From assembly GCF_036321535.1 (NCBI RefSeq), contig NC_087437.1:68016001-68080000 (forward strand): DNA of 64,000 nt, in the 5' to 3' direction. Both the position numbers and the translations under genes were made by a program. The notes under the pieces were generated by a model. It was not told where the DNA came from, ran no database searches, and saw nothing but the letters and a program-made list of their open reading frames with translations. The DNA is from Camelus dromedarius. Its lineage: Eukaryota. Below, piece by piece: positions 1 to 13,474 of the stretch. Every line of letters starts with the position of its first letter. Within the stretch, counting starts at the first letter, position 1.

Positions 1-689
1 TGTTGATAAAATTTGAAAATGCTCTGTGGTTTCCAAGGTGGCTAAAGTTTGCTTATCTTTTGAATTTTTCTGAAAGACAGAGTTGGGTTTCCCAGATACC
101 AATATATAATTTCACTGAGCGTACACAGCCATTGGCATAGAAGAAATCAAGACAGACAGTTTGACTCTCTGGATGCCCCAGGACATCTACTCCAGGCAAC
201 ATAGCATTACATGGTCGTGAGACATATTAGAAAAATAACCATTGAAAGGGAGACAACGTATTTTTCAAACTCTAGGCAAGCCCAGATGCTTCCTTGGGAA
301 GGAATTCTAAAGCTCAGACAACTGCAAATGCTTCCTTTTTCAGACTGTCATCTTCTTGACATTTAAAAATATAAATACACATTTAAGGCTTACTCAGATT
401 GCAGCTGGCTGGTATAAATCAGATGTTTGGTGATGGGCAATATGTTATGTGGAATATTTTCACCCATTAGGAATGACCCATCTTTATACTTTCTAGGGTT
501 TCTTCCTTCTACTTAGAAAATATTTTATTACCCTCTTCCATGTAATTTATTTTCTATTTATGCATATACTGTATATGCAGAGGTTTTATTTATGTTGATT
601 TACTCACCTCATTCTGCATTCACCACACACTTACTCCAGTCTCTAAAGAACTTATTACAATAAACAATGCGGTAAACATTAAGTTGCTA

Positions 690-830
690 ATCCTCAGCAT
701 TTTCCCCGAAGGTGCCATTATTCCAATTTCACAGATGATGAAACTGAGGTAGAGAAAATGAGGTATTTATTACTTCAGAATACATAAGATTATACCCTAG
801 GAAAATTTGAGTCCTGTTTAATACCACATC
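690..830 (-). mobile_element. MIR SINE fragment
   Basis: ATTCCAATTTCACAGATGATGAAACTGAGG matches the reverse complement of the MIR core; boundaries approximate. Confidence 0.65.
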
Positions 831-1909
831 ACTCTTCTTCTAATTACATTGTTCCAGCCTAGTTTCAAATTCAAATTTCATCCTACTGACTTTTGACTTG
901 TTTCTTTTTTTTTATCTAAGGCTGTTTATATATATGTGATTCATTAATTGATTGCTTTTAGGACCTGTATTTCTTTTTGGCTCTTAACATTGCATTTCTT
1001 CACCATTGCGGAATGCGTTGTTCAGTCAAGGTATTGTTTTTGAGATACTTCACAATGACAATCCTTTGACCTTGTATGTTTGTTCCTAGATGAATGCCTG
1101 TTTTTTTGACATCAGAAACTCAGATCAAAAAATGACACTGTGGGCATTTTAAATGTTATTCAAACATGAAATTATATATCAAGTCCATCCATTTATTTAT
1201 ATGTTTGCTTCTCTCCTTATTGGTGTCTTTATCAGCTCACACATCTCATTCTGCAGCAGCAAGTAATTTTCAAAGCTGAACTGCAATCCATGTGCGAGAT
1301 GGTGTTCCTTAGAGACTCCTGTCAGCTGAGGCCAGAGCCCAGAGGGAGCAGATAGCCTGCTAACAGGCACCTGGTGACTCTTTCCCCGGGCGGTTCCAAC
1401 CATGCACTCTTAATGCAGAAGCCATATGCGTGTCTCTCTAGTGTGCTGTCTGGGGAAACTGTAAAATGTCTTCATGTCATCATTCCCATATGACATTTTC
1501 TCACTCAGAGTTGTTTCCAGAATTCCCATCAGAATTCCATAAGGCACTGATGGCTCAGCAAGCTTACCATACAAAATAAAACAAGAAAATATTTTATCCT
1601 CAGTGGGCTTATTTTAACTAGCAATCTAAATGGATCTGGGCAGAGTGTCATGGGGGAGATGCCACTGAGTAGGATGATAATGTGTCCTCTATTTCGTTTT
1701 GCAGCAGTGGAAGGAAACAGGGGGAATGGGGCATTTAAACTGATGCATGGTCAGCTGGATTGGTTTTCAAGATCAAGGTCCTCCTGAGATATGGAAGGAT
1801 GATTGAGGAAGAAGAATCTGTTTTTGTCCAGAAGGTTTCAGAGACCTGATCTCTTGGGAGGATGTGCTAAAGGATTTACAGCACTCGAGACCATGATCAT
1901 AACTAGATA

Positions 1910-1979
1910 ATTCAGATATGCTTCACCTAACTGAGTCTCCAAATTATTCAGATAGGCTTCACCTATGTGAGTCACCAAA
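1910..1979. repeat. Local tandem duplication, 36-bp period, two copies
   Basis: ATTCAGATATGCTTCACCTAACTGAGTCTCCAAA (1910) vs ATTCAGATAGGCTTCACCTATGTGAGTCACCAAA (1946), 30/34 identical. Confidence 0.9.
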
Positions 1980-2929
1980 GCAGGTATGGAGCAGTCATCC
2001 CCAGAAAGGATAAAATGGGTTTCTTAAAACCCTTTCTGGTTGGAGGCAGAACCTCTCCATATTCATACTCTTGGAGGAAACCTAGCAAGCTGTGTTAAGG
2101 GCCGTAATATGTGTAACCATGAGATCTTTCTTCATGAGGCAGGAAGAAAATGTACTTGTTGAAAGCAACAAGGTGTGAGATTATAGAGACTAATGGGCAC
2201 AGTGTCTAACTAGAGCTTCCCTGCTCTCCCTTAAAGTTGGCCAATTGAGCAAACAGTATGGAAATAAAATGTCTGGCACTAGACAGACAAACCACATAGA
2301 GCAGCTAGATTCTTCAAGCATCTATTTGGAGGCCCTTGCTAAACACTGTCATTTTGTCTAATGTGTAGCCTGGAAGTGATGACTTACTGGATTTCTTTTA
2401 AACATCTACAAGCATATAAGAGCTCCTTTCTGTGATCTCAAGGGTTGCATTTATAATTTTGTTACAACTAATTCATAATAGCTGATATTTATTGAGTTAC
2501 TTCCTATGCGCCAGACCTAGCATTAAGTACTATCCATATATATTTTTTATTTCAGCATTTTATGCATGAGGAAATTAGTGCTTTAAGGAAGCCGAATGGA
2601 CTACTGAAAGCCAAGTTACTCTCCTAATTTTATACACACTCACATATATTTATATATACATATGTACACATCTATACATAGACCTACACACAAATGCAAG
2701 TTACATAGTTATATCAGAAATGAAATAATCCACTAAAATCAAACATGGTTTTACCATCAGAGCACATTCTAGGTTCTTCAAACATGAGGGGTTCAAGAGA
2801 GTTCAGAGAGAGAGAGAGAGAATTTCCTAGGGAACTTTAGGAAAGGATGAGATGTGAATCTCAATAATCAAATGCCAAGATTTCACTTGTGTTACACCCT
2901 CTACCTCCAATGGAAAAAATGAGCACATG

Positions 2930-3400
2930 TCTTATCACATCCGCTTAAAGCCCCTTAGTGGCTTCCCAATGCACTAGAACAAAAGCCACACTTCTTAACA
3001 TGGGTTACAAAGTTCCTATCAGATTAGGCTACTGTTAATGACTTCAGCTTACTCTTTTTTCTCCCACCACTCCAGGAGGAAACTGTTAGGCTTGCTTTCA
3101 GCTTCCCAAAGTGAAAGTTCTTTCCCATATGTAAGCCTTTGCGTATGCTGTTAACCTAATGCCTTTCCCCTCACTCTTCGCCTTGCTCTTACATGTCCTC
3201 AGGCCTGGTCTTAGAATGGTGCCAGTATGAGAGGCTAGCATGAGCCATTCATCTAACTTCTCTCCCAGTCCAGCTCTGGGCCCTTTATTATTTTTCATTG
3301 TTTGTACTCATTATGTATTTTTGAAATTGTGGAACATTTTCCTCCCTTACTGAGGACAGGCCCACCTGTCCTGTCTACTATTTTTATCTGGCTGATGGTC
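2930..3400 (+). mobile_element. L2 LINE 3' fragment
   Basis: GCTTAAAGCCCCTTAGTGGCTTCCCAATGCACT...CTTAACATGG...GCCTTTGCGTATGCTGTT resembles the L2 3' region. Confidence 0.6.
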
Positions 3401-3449
3401 ATCACTTTGTTGTCACAAAGACCAATGAATGGTTGTACTGGGCACTCCC

Positions 3450-3572
3450 ATGCAGTTGAGGATGTCAGAGCTTACAAAGGTTAGGTAACTTGCTGAAAGC
3501 CACACTCCCGGCAAGTGGCAGAGCTGGGATTTGAACCTAGGGCTCTTTGGTTCCAGGGTCTGTGTTCTTCTT
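3450..3572 (-). mobile_element. MIR SINE fragment
   Basis: GGTTAGGTAACTTGC...AAGTGGCAGAGCTGGGATTTGAACCTAGG is the reverse complement of the MIR tRNA-like 5' part. Confidence 0.8.
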
Positions 3573-4074
3573 GATTCTTTAGACATCTCGGGAGTCAAAG
3601 GTCCTATCTAATGTGCTATAGTATCAAATCAAAGGATCCCAGGTAACTATTTCTACAATAGTCAAAGCATTTGTTGCTTGTACATTATGTAATAGCTGGT
3701 TGATGGACTGATTTGGGCCATCAACATTCTGCGGAAACTGTCCGAGTCTGACTTCATAGAGGAGTGGGAAGTGAATCGGTTGTAACCATGTTGGGGCTCA
3801 GTTACTCTAAATTGATATTTTTGTATCTTGATGATTAAAAAATATTCTGAAAGGGGCCTTTCTTTTTATTCATAAACCACATTATGTACAAATTTTCACT
3901 TCTATTAAAAGTATGAGGAAAGACAAATTAGGTAGAAGTAGAAAGTAAAAGAAACAAAAAAAATGCAGGCCCCTCCCTGCCTAGATGTCTATGACTATTT
4001 AAATATGAAAACTTCTCATCCAACTGCAGACTGATTTCTGGCTACCTGAGCATCTGGGAGGCTGTGAACTGCTC

Positions 4075-4290
4075 AGGGAGAGCACAGATTTTATAGCCAA
4101 ACAGACTTGGCTTTAAATCCTTTGCCACTTAATATCGGTGTGTAGATGGGTAAGTTACTGAATTTTTCTAAGCCTCAGTTTTCTCATATGAAAATAGGAA
4201 TTAAAGTGAATATCTAGCACGCAAGCTTATTATAAGGATTCAATTGATCAGCTCTCCCAAGTTCTTAGGGAAAAAAAGTAGACAATCAAC
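4075..4290 (+). mobile_element. MIR SINE
   Basis: AGAGCACAGA...CAGACTTGGCTTTAAATCC...GGGTAAGTTACT...GCCTCAGTTTTCTCATATGAAAATAGG. Confidence 0.75.
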
Positions 4291-4653
4291 AGTGTTTATT
4301 CCCTCTTCTAGAAAACGTCACAGATGGCCACATTGGCAGGGGATTTCTACTACCTGTTGCATCTTTTCATTTTACCTATGTTCTATTTTTATTTGCAATT
4401 TACCTAGAAGAAACAGCCAAATATTTCATACTATTAATAAAGTTTGCTACTATACATTAAGTGTTTTCTTTGTGCTTCTATATGAGAGTTCTTTATCCTC
4501 TATGTTTTACACTCATTATCTTGTTTAATCTTAAAAACCAAACAAGAATCTAAGATTCTGAGACAATATAAAACTACTCTAAAATACATAGCCAGTAAGT
4601 GGCCATAAATGCTTAAACTGAAGTATAAACTTGCTCTATTTCCTGATGAAATA

Positions 4654-4986
4654 GAGTTGACCCGTGGACAATGTAGGGGTTAAGAGCATCAACCCCCACA
4701 CAGTCAAGTATCTGCGTACACCTTTTGACTCCCCCAAAACTTTACTAGTAGCTTACTGTTGACTGGAAGCCTTAGTGATAAGATAAATAATTGATTAACA
4801 CATATTTTATATGTTCTATGTATTATATACTGTGTTTTATAATAAAGTAAGCTAGAGAAAAGAAAATTTTGTTATAATCATAAGGAAGAGAAAATACATT
4901 TATAGTACATATATGTATTTACTGAAAAAAATCCACATATAAGTGGATCTACACAGTTCAAACCCATGGGGTTCAAAGGTCAGCTG
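4654..4986 (-). mobile_element. Tigger2-family (Tigger2a/MER28-like) non-autonomous DNA transposon
   Basis: Degenerate terminal inverted repeats GAGTTGACCCGTGGACAA / GTTCAAAGGTCAGCTG with TA on both sides; internal TTTTGACTCCCCCAAAAC and AAAGTAAGCTAGAGAAAAGAAAA motifs typical of Tigger2a. Confidence 0.85.
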
Positions 4987-6639
4987 TATTTGCAGAGACT
5001 CTTCTTACATGGCAACAATTGTCAGCTGTCACAATAGGTACTATTATTGCCACTTGACAAATGCTAAACTGAGGCTTAGAATAATTGCTTTTAAGGGCCT
5101 TAGCTCAGTGTTGCTACCTACATGCTTTACTTAATCTCAGCTTCAAGCCTTTTTGTGCACCGTGCTCCCCAACAGAACATGGGAGGGGGAAATGTTCTTT
5201 CTCTTCTCTTGGCCTTTCTGACTATCAAGACCCATTTTGAGCACTACCTTCTCCTTGGGCCTCCAATCTACAATGCTCTCCATTTTTTCTGGATATCTAG
5301 AGTTCATTCCTGACACTGCTTTATGTGCTATTTTGCTTCATAAGTAGTCTCCCCAACCATGCTGGGGATTCTGGTGGGTCAGTGAACATAAACTAACATA
5401 TAAATCAAGAGTGCCTATTGCGTGAAAAAGTCTGGCTTGGTATGGCCATAGTGCATAAAGTTAAGTAAGATGTTGTCCACCTCTCAAGAAGCTCACATCA
5501 GAACCTACTGACCTGTGGGTTTTTTAAGATATCAGATACTCGAGATGAATAAATAGATGGGTGAAAAGATTCTGTTGTAAAGATAGTCTTTCTAGACACC
5601 AAGGAGACTTAAGATAGTAGAATATACATTATTTTCCTTCTTATGATTTATAGTCAACTTGAAAAGAATACAAACACTGTGCAGTGGGTAGACCCAATTA
5701 CTTTTCTCCACCTTAATGGGGAAACTGTGACCCTTGGGTTCAGAGCAATCTTCTAAGTGAAACCACTATATGACCTTGAATAGAAACAAATTGGCATATT
5801 TGCTTCTGACTTAAAAAGCAGCCAACTCTGGCATTTGTGGGAAGCTGATGTGTCGGAACCACGAAACAGCTTCCACTTTGCATTATCATCCGTTTTATAA
5901 AGCAGGAAGACTCTTAATGTTAATTCTGTAATTTGAGCATTAATGTTGCGGTTTCACATCCTGTAAATTAAAGCTGTATGATGACCAAAGAGCTGGCATG
6001 CAGAGCATCAGACAGCTTGCATCAGGACACACACAGCTCAAGACATAGGCCCAGGACAAATGTCCTGGCCCAACCCATGGATCTGCTTGACTTCAGGGAA
6101 GGAAGAACCATGCCCTTCTTTCCTCTAGTTGCTTTGCCTCAATCTCCCTCTTTGGTATTTTTTTCAGCTCTTCAGTTGTTCTTGGTTAATTTACACCTGT
6201 CAGTATCTTGCCATGGATTGAACAGAAGCTAGCTTGTTAATACAGCTTCAGAGAATTGAGCCTCAGAATAGTACACACATTGACTTTGTGTAGAAAAAGA
6301 AAAGAAAATGATTTTCTCAAAGCCTGCTAATGTACTATTTGTCATAATGCTGGGCCAGCTTTCATTCTTTGTTGGTTTCAACCACAGTGGTCATGATTTA
6401 AGGTGTTTTGGAATTTTAGGAAAATGTTCTAGTTGGCATGAGAGTAGTCATTTTCTTAACACAGGGGGTCAGACCCATGGGGTCCATCTTGCAGGCTTTT
6501 TCCAGGGTAATGCATATTTTTACCTTTCAGAGTTGCTTATAGATTAAGTCAAGGAAAAGAAGATTTGGCCTTATAATTTTAGGAAAGAAAAGTATGAGCA
6601 GAGTTTAAGTGCCATCAGTGTGGGGAACCCTCTTGTCTC

Positions 6640-6641
6640 TT

Positions 6642-6668
<27 letters not shown>
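6640..6668. repeat. (TTTA)n microsatellite
   Basis: About 7 perfect units read directly. Confidence 0.95.
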
Positions 6669-6672
<4 letters not shown>

Positions 6673-8869
6673 TTCCCTAGCAGAGAGTAAATGCTTGATA
6701 TATATACTTAATAACTGAATGAAAAGAGCTACCTGGGGCTTCTAGGTGTATTATGGAGATGTTGTTGGCAACTTATAGCACAAAAAGGTGTGACATCACT
6801 TAGTTCATACGTCTCCACAAGACAGTTTTCCGGGTGGAGCGGAGGATGGGGAAAAGGGACGGTGACCGAGAGGTAGAATAAATAATTTTGCTAAAATTTA
6901 TGTCTCTGGACCCCAGAACTTTCTCTGTGTTATTGAGAAAACCAGTATATCTTAACAGACTCAGGAGTAGTAAGTCACTGGTACAAATTGAAGAGACCTT
7001 CAAAGTACATCTACTTCAGAAAATGACCAAGACTTTTTATGACAGAGGTTTCACTTGTAATTCCATTTTGTGTAATTTATGTTACACTCTTGGGGTCTTC
7101 ATTAGTTACAGATCTGTGACCAATCTTCTGCCACCCCTGAGGATGTCAGAATGGATGTCTACCTTTATTACTTCTTGATTCAGATATGAAAGGAACAGAT
7201 TTCCTTCAGAGATTGGGTGTTTAATTCTGAACAAGCAGAGGTCTGTGAGTCTTAGAGTTTCATGTCATGGGTTTTTAATCACACATAAAGTAACTCACTT
7301 TATTTTTCTCTGCACCAAATTGTTATGGTTTTGTAAAGGCTTGTGATCTCAGTAGTAAAATTAGGTGTTTTAACCCAAATGCTGTGAAACTACTAAAATA
7401 AGGGTGGTCGTTTACATAGGGAATGTAAGCTTCAAAGAGGAGACCTTTGTGTAGCGAGAATGGCAGTGAAGTGAGTTTGAAGAAGGGCATATACTTCAGC
7501 TTAGACACGGACTAGTGGGGGAAACACAACACACAGTCAGAATTAGGGCCTGTCTAAAATGACCCATTAGTATAAAGTCTAGTGGGAACTGAAATGGACA
7601 GTCTTAAGGAGAGCTGTAAAGCAACAAACTAGGCTTTTTTATTTTCACCTTTTTGGCAACCTCTTTGTATCCCAGAGTGTACCAGAGCTGGTTTTATGGT
7701 GTATAGAGACTACAGTTGCTAGCTGAAATGGACAAGTTAATGGGGTTTTGTTTCAGCCCCTAGTTTTGCAGCTGGGAGACAGCTTAGCATTACTGATGCC
7801 ATGATTAACTGGCTGTTTTCACTGCATTCAAACACCCTTTCTAACATCCACGTGATACTCTCTTTAGGCCCAATCAGTTCAGGAGGAGGGAACTGAGAAT
7901 ATAATGTTCTGTGACTATTTCTGCAGTTGACAAGGCTGTTAATGAGAATGTAGGGTCACAGCACCTAGATCCAGAGTTACAGCTTGTGGGGGTCCCCTTC
8001 GCAGACAGGCCCTGTAACCAACCCATCCTCACAGGTCTTGTGGGGATGACAGTGCACACTGCTTTGTTTGAAACCAGCCTGTCTCTTGGATGAAATAGGT
8101 GGCCTTCAGTGTCACTGCCCACCGCCAAAGAACTGATATGAATCATTTTCTAAAGATACAATTTTATAGTTAATGCAAATGTGTATTTCAATATTTAAAT
8201 TATTACAAGTAGTGTTTATTTGACATTTCGGGTATAAATGTAATATAGCCAATATGTCATTTAAAATCACTCTTTTAAAAAAAAGGCAACTTAGAAGATC
8301 TCATCCTTTATAGTGGTCAGTGGGGGAAAGAGAATGTGAAGATGATGGCTTTGAAGGTTAACTCGGGGGAACACAGAGGGTAAATCAGTTGCCATGATAA
8401 ATTTGGAAATGAATTGAAAGTTTTGAGTTGACCGTGTACTTCAAAATGTGAAGCGGTATATAGTATTTTGTTTTGTTTCCGAACATCTGTCTCAGCATTT
8501 AGAGGGGATTGATGGAAAATAATTATGATAATTTTAAATATTAATCAGTAGGAACTTCTGAAGTGGCTTCTCTGTAGAGCGTACAGTAAAGGTACAGGGA
8601 AAGTTTAAGACCTAACCTCTGTCCTGACAGCATATTAACCTTATTGTAGAAACAGGATGAGAATGCTTGAATCAATTAGAGAGGGGTAAAAGCCATCTTT
8701 GATTAGAGGATACATTGTGTACCATGCACTCTCAGTTATGTAGACATTCAGTGGAGGGGGATTAAAGAACGGTGGAATATTCAGGAAAACAACAGGAAGA
8801 GGTGATGGTACAAATAGGAGAAAGTTTCTTGATGATTAAATCCTTGATTAATGTTATTGTCGAGCCCTG

Positions 8870-9360
8870 GAGTATCAATTATAAAACCCTTTCTAAGTGT
8901 GCAAGGCTCTTTGTGATCTGGTCTTTATCATCCCTTTACCTTCAATACCAACTTCAACCCACTTTCCCCCCTCCAACCATGTAAAATAACTTTCAGCTCC
9001 CCGAAGGCACCTGCAGTTGCTGGATTCTATTCTTGGCATCTCTGAGTCCTTAAACTAGAATGGTTACTCCTCCTCTCTCGTCCAGTTGAGAAGTTCTCTC
9101 TCATCTTTTAAGGTCTAACTGAAATACTGCATCTTTGGAAAAATTCCCTTAAGTCCCCTTCTCTTACATACTTTCTGTCTCTTATGCTACCACTGAACTT
9201 TGCTCCAAGTTGTGTATGTCACATAGTGTCTTGACATTTTTTGTTGTAATGTTTTCTCCCTCTCCAGTCTGTGGGTGTCCTGAGAGGAGGAGCCACGTGG
9301 TTGTTCTCCCCAATCTTGGCTTACAGCACCAAGAGATGTTAGATGAATGAATCAGTGTAT
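8870..9360 (+). mobile_element. L2 LINE 3' fragment
   Basis: CAAGGCTCTTTGTGATCTGG...CTCATCTTTTAAGGTCTAACTGAAAT...TGAATGAATC tail. Confidence 0.65.
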
Positions 9361-11674
9361 GAATGGAAAAGAGGATTTTGAAAGTCAAATGGCCTGGTTA
9401 ATTAGGATTGCTAATTAACTGAGCATTAAATAAAGTTTCGTTTTCATTTTAACCCTTGTGATGAAAATATTTTCAATAAAGGATTTGTCTACTTCCCTGC
9501 CTAACTACATGACACATGGTACAATGACTCTTTTTTTTTTTTTTAAAGTCTTGAAGGTGTTGATTTGTTTCATTTTCAACATCAAATTTCTCACTTTGGA
9601 TTTTCGTGGAGAAAATGCCAAAGGATTGAGTTGAATCTCTACCAATATAAGCCATACCTGAAAGTTAATCTTTTCAATAAATCCCTGACACCAGCTTCTT
9701 TTACTGTGATTTATCTGTTTTTTTCTTAAAAGCTGAACATGAGGAAAAATTCTGTTTAATGAAAAATTCAAATCAAAATGTGCTTGTCACAAGGATGAAA
9801 ACACGGTGAATAGCAATTACTTAGACAGAGGAGGATGAGGGATTCACTGAGTGCAGTAGGTTTCTAATAGCAGGATTATCAGTCCTGGGTTGAAAACCCT
9901 ATCAAGTAAGTTGCATGTGACTGTTTATTTTCTTATTTCGGGAATTCTATAGAAAAATGAGTAAATAAAGGTGAGCCTTGCACACGTCATGAACTGAAAA
10001 AACAAAACAAGGAAGGGTCTGTACTATTTATCATCACCAATTTGCTGACCCTTGTGTGTGTTTCTTAAGCCCTGACTCAATTTTCTGTCCTAGTCTTTTT
10101 TTTTTGAATCCCCATTTCTAGCTTATTTGAATGGAAGGCTGGGTAGCAAATGAGATTATATGAGGTATTTGCTCCCATAACCTATTTCACTGTGATCAAA
10201 GAACCAAATTAATACAGACATGTACCCACACGTGCGCACATACATAAATACCAAAGTAAAGCACCATGCCCTGCTGATACACAGTTAGGTTTCAACTTTC
10301 ACATGTAGCTGGACATGTTTTAATTGGATTATGAGAAACTAGAATAAAAATCCTTTTATTTTTATTTTCTAAACATTATGTATTGATTCCATACCAGGTG
10401 TTAGGCCCTCTTCCGAGTATTAGGGCTTTGAACTATTCACCCTTGTATCTCTCCTCAGTACAAGGGAAAGATGATTCTCAATAAAGTTTGTTAAATAGTA
10501 CAGCTCATTCTACCCCCTCAAGAAACTTACAGTCCTGTGGAAAAGCAAACACAGTGGAAAACTTCAGACCCAGTGGTGATTGGGTACCATGGGAGCATAT
10601 TAAGTAAGATGGCTCAAGACTTCTTGGTGGCAGCAGGTAGGTGTTAAGAGGTGATGCTTATGCTGGGTTACATGGTCTTAATGGAGAAGCAGAGATGTGT
10701 CAGGCACACAGGTCTTGGAGCAGCATTCCAGGTAACGGTGCAACTGTGGATTTGTGAAAGTTCGTGGAGAACCTTTCAGTAAAGTCAAGGCGCCTGAGCA
10801 AGGGTAGTGGTGAAATTGGACCTGACTGAGATGGGGTGGATTTTCCTCCACACCTAGAGGGGAAGTGAGTTGATGGAGCAAATTGGCAGCTGGCAACTCC
10901 TCGACAAGCTGAAAGTCCCTCTGAAGTTCCCCTGTGAATGTGGCTGAAGGCTGGCCCAGCCCAGCTCCCCCTGTTGTAACTCCAAATCACAAAATGAAAT
11001 GGAGTTTTCTTCAAAGTGACAGCTAAATCTCAGCCCCTCGCCAGCTGCTGTACCAGTGCCGCTTAATTCTGTAATCCTTTTGCCCTCCATTCCTTGTTGT
11101 GGTTAGCAAATGCCAGGAGATGTTGGAGTGACAAGTGAGTTCTCTGTGCCTGACACCTCCGCTGGAAGACTTGATAAACTGCAAATACCATCACAGTCAT
11201 TTTTCAGGTGCAGGTTCAGAAACATGCCCAGGGAGGAACCTGTCGTGGAAGGTGAATTGGTCCCCCTCCTTCCTGGCTTCCTTCCCCTGTCTTACATTTC
11301 TATGAACTTGGCATGTGGCTCAGAGCTGTTTTCCAGGGAGTCCTTCTGGGGAATGTTTGCCTTTACATCTTTCAAATTGAGTGACATCAAATCCTGTGCT
11401 TCGTTGTCCCTCCATAGATGATACCCTCCTCCTGCCTGCAGGGAGAGGCTGAGAATGGACTAATGCTGAGCTCCCAGAATAGCTTACAGTGTCAGCCCAC
11501 GTCCTATAGCTTTTCAGAGTGCAGAGACACATTGTGAGTGGCTAGGATTTCCCTGCAGTCTCCACCCTATAGTACAATTTCCACGTGAACTTCCTCTGCT
11601 GGGCAAACTGGAAACCCCTCCTCTTTTAACACACTGTCATCCTGTTTTTTACCCGGCTGAGAGGGAAATCTGAG

Positions 11675-11741
11675 TTTCTTTCTCTCTGTGTGTCTCTCTC
11701 CTCTCTCTCTTCCCTTCCTTTCTCCCTCTGTCTTTCTCTCT
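11675..11741. repeat. CT-rich low-complexity tract
   Basis: Nearly pure pyrimidine on + strand. Confidence 0.9.
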
Positions 11742-12399
11742 GTGGGGAACAGTATTAGTATTCTGTGGTACCCTCTTAAGCAAAACCTAAGAAAGGAATT
11801 AATCTGTCACTAGGAATGAATGTACTGGACAGTGATTTATGCAGATTCTCTACTCAAAGTGATGGTGTTCATTTCATTGGTACTTCTCACAGCCCTTCTC
11901 AGAGGCAACACACAAACTTGTATTGAAAATAACATCGCAGCTGGGTGACTGTCTGGGCTCTGCCTGGAGCTGTGCTGCCCTAGTTTTAGCCACCAGACAC
12001 ACAGCGGAAGAGCAGGCAGGCAGCTCAGGTGGCAGGGTGGCATTCTGGAATTTCCAAATCCGTGACCCCTATGCTCTGCAGGTTTGATGAAGAAGCTGAT
12101 TCCCGAATTCTCTGAGCTCAAGTCCGTTCACCCTTCCTGCTCTCAAGCCCGGACTCAGAAGTGCCCCGGAGTCTCACTGGCCCTTGCTTCTCTTCCATAG
12201 CCCGCAGTACTTTGAGATTCTGGTCATAATCAGGGAAAGATTCATTAGGGCTGGCATTTCATCTGGCTGGCTGCCTTCTGCCCTGATTTCTGGCAGCAAG
12301 GCTGGGAGTCTCCCTAGAGAGCTTACTTTCCTGAAACTCCCCCTGTAGTTTTACATACATAAGTGGGCTGGATGGATTGTGAGAGGCCGCCTAGCCTTT

Positions 12400-13120
12400 G
12401 AACATTAATCCGAATCAAACTTCCAAATCCCTTGAAGTTCAGGCTATCAGTAGAAGAAATCCAAAGTAAACAAGCCTCTTGCCACCTCCCCATTTAAGCC
12501 AGCCAGCCCAGAGCCCAGAAAGCTCTTGTGTTCGGGTCTCGTACTTGCTGGCAGCAGTCAAGACCCGAGGCCCCGTTCTTCCAGGCGAGCAGGTTTCTGC
12601 AGACGTTTCTTTTCCTATTGTGCTTGTGATTACTAGTATTTTTCCCACTCCCTCTGCTGTCTGGAGGTTCATCTGGGATTTATCTCCATAATGAGAAAAG
12701 GGAGATAGGGAAACGCTGGGGCATTTTTCTCTGAATTAGGTTATTTGTCATTTTGATACTCATTTTAAAAGATACTTTTCAAATATTTAAATGTATGTGT
12801 GCTCACATCACCGTTCTTTGAAATGAATTGCAGATGACACAGTCACTGCTTTCTCGCTCTCACTCTCTAGGCTTCCCTCCTGAGCTGGTTGCCAGGAGTG
12901 ACTTGGCGGGAAAAGAAGAGTAGGTTAGAAAGAGAATGAAGTCTGATTTTCATGAATAACAGTTTTTCTCTTCTTCGTTCAAAGATCCTAACCGAAGTGT
13001 ATCGGTTTCTTTATCTGCCCTCCCCAGGATGCCCTGAACATACTGGAACCGATTGACAGGGAACACAACTTAAACTTGAATCATGTAAATATCCTCTGTA
13101 TCGCTTTCCCGATACAGACA
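12400..13120 (+). promoter_or_regulatory. Candidate promoter/enhancer: apparently repeat-free block with retained CpGs and several hairpins
   Basis: Local CpG retention, TATA/CArG-like CCATTTAAGC at ~12490, and inverted repeats at 12532-12568, 12990-13007 and 13095-13118. Confidence 0.3.
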
Positions 13121-13474
13121 CACCCTGCACAAAATAGAACCAGCTAATTAAGGTCCTCTTACCCCACCTTTCCAAGTTTAGGCTAAAGGTATTACAAATA
13201 GAAAAGGAAATATGCCCCACTGATAAGCTAATTCCCACTTTACTGATAGTGGATCAACAAGACCATGTGTTGGTTTAGCCATGCAGGCGGTGAAAAGAAT
13301 TGGAAACACAGAATGTTAAAAGACCCAAAACCAATTATTTTAAGATCGGCACTTCTGTGTAGAAGAGCCTAAGAGAAGATTCAGAATCCACATTACTAAA
13401 GCACATAACCTGATCCAGAAATAAATGAGCACTGGAATGTAAAAAAGGCAGTTTCTTAAAAAGGCATGCCATTT

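Noticed and set aside
5845..5980. Hammerhead-ribozyme-like core (CTGATG...GAAA, with a possible stem III to AAGCTGTA near 5972)
   Set aside because: The invariant A of CUGANGA is T, stem II is minimal, and no stem I can form; the CTG instead pairs with the CAG after GAAA.
6051..6068. CCAGGACA-AA-TGTCCTGG as a steroid-receptor response element
   Set aside because: The spacer is 2 nt rather than the required 3, and an 8-bp inverted repeat is expected by chance.
6670..6692. 6-nt microexon TAG|CAGAGA|GTAAAT
   Set aside because: The donor is weak and the pyrimidine tract comes from the (TTTA)n microsatellite.
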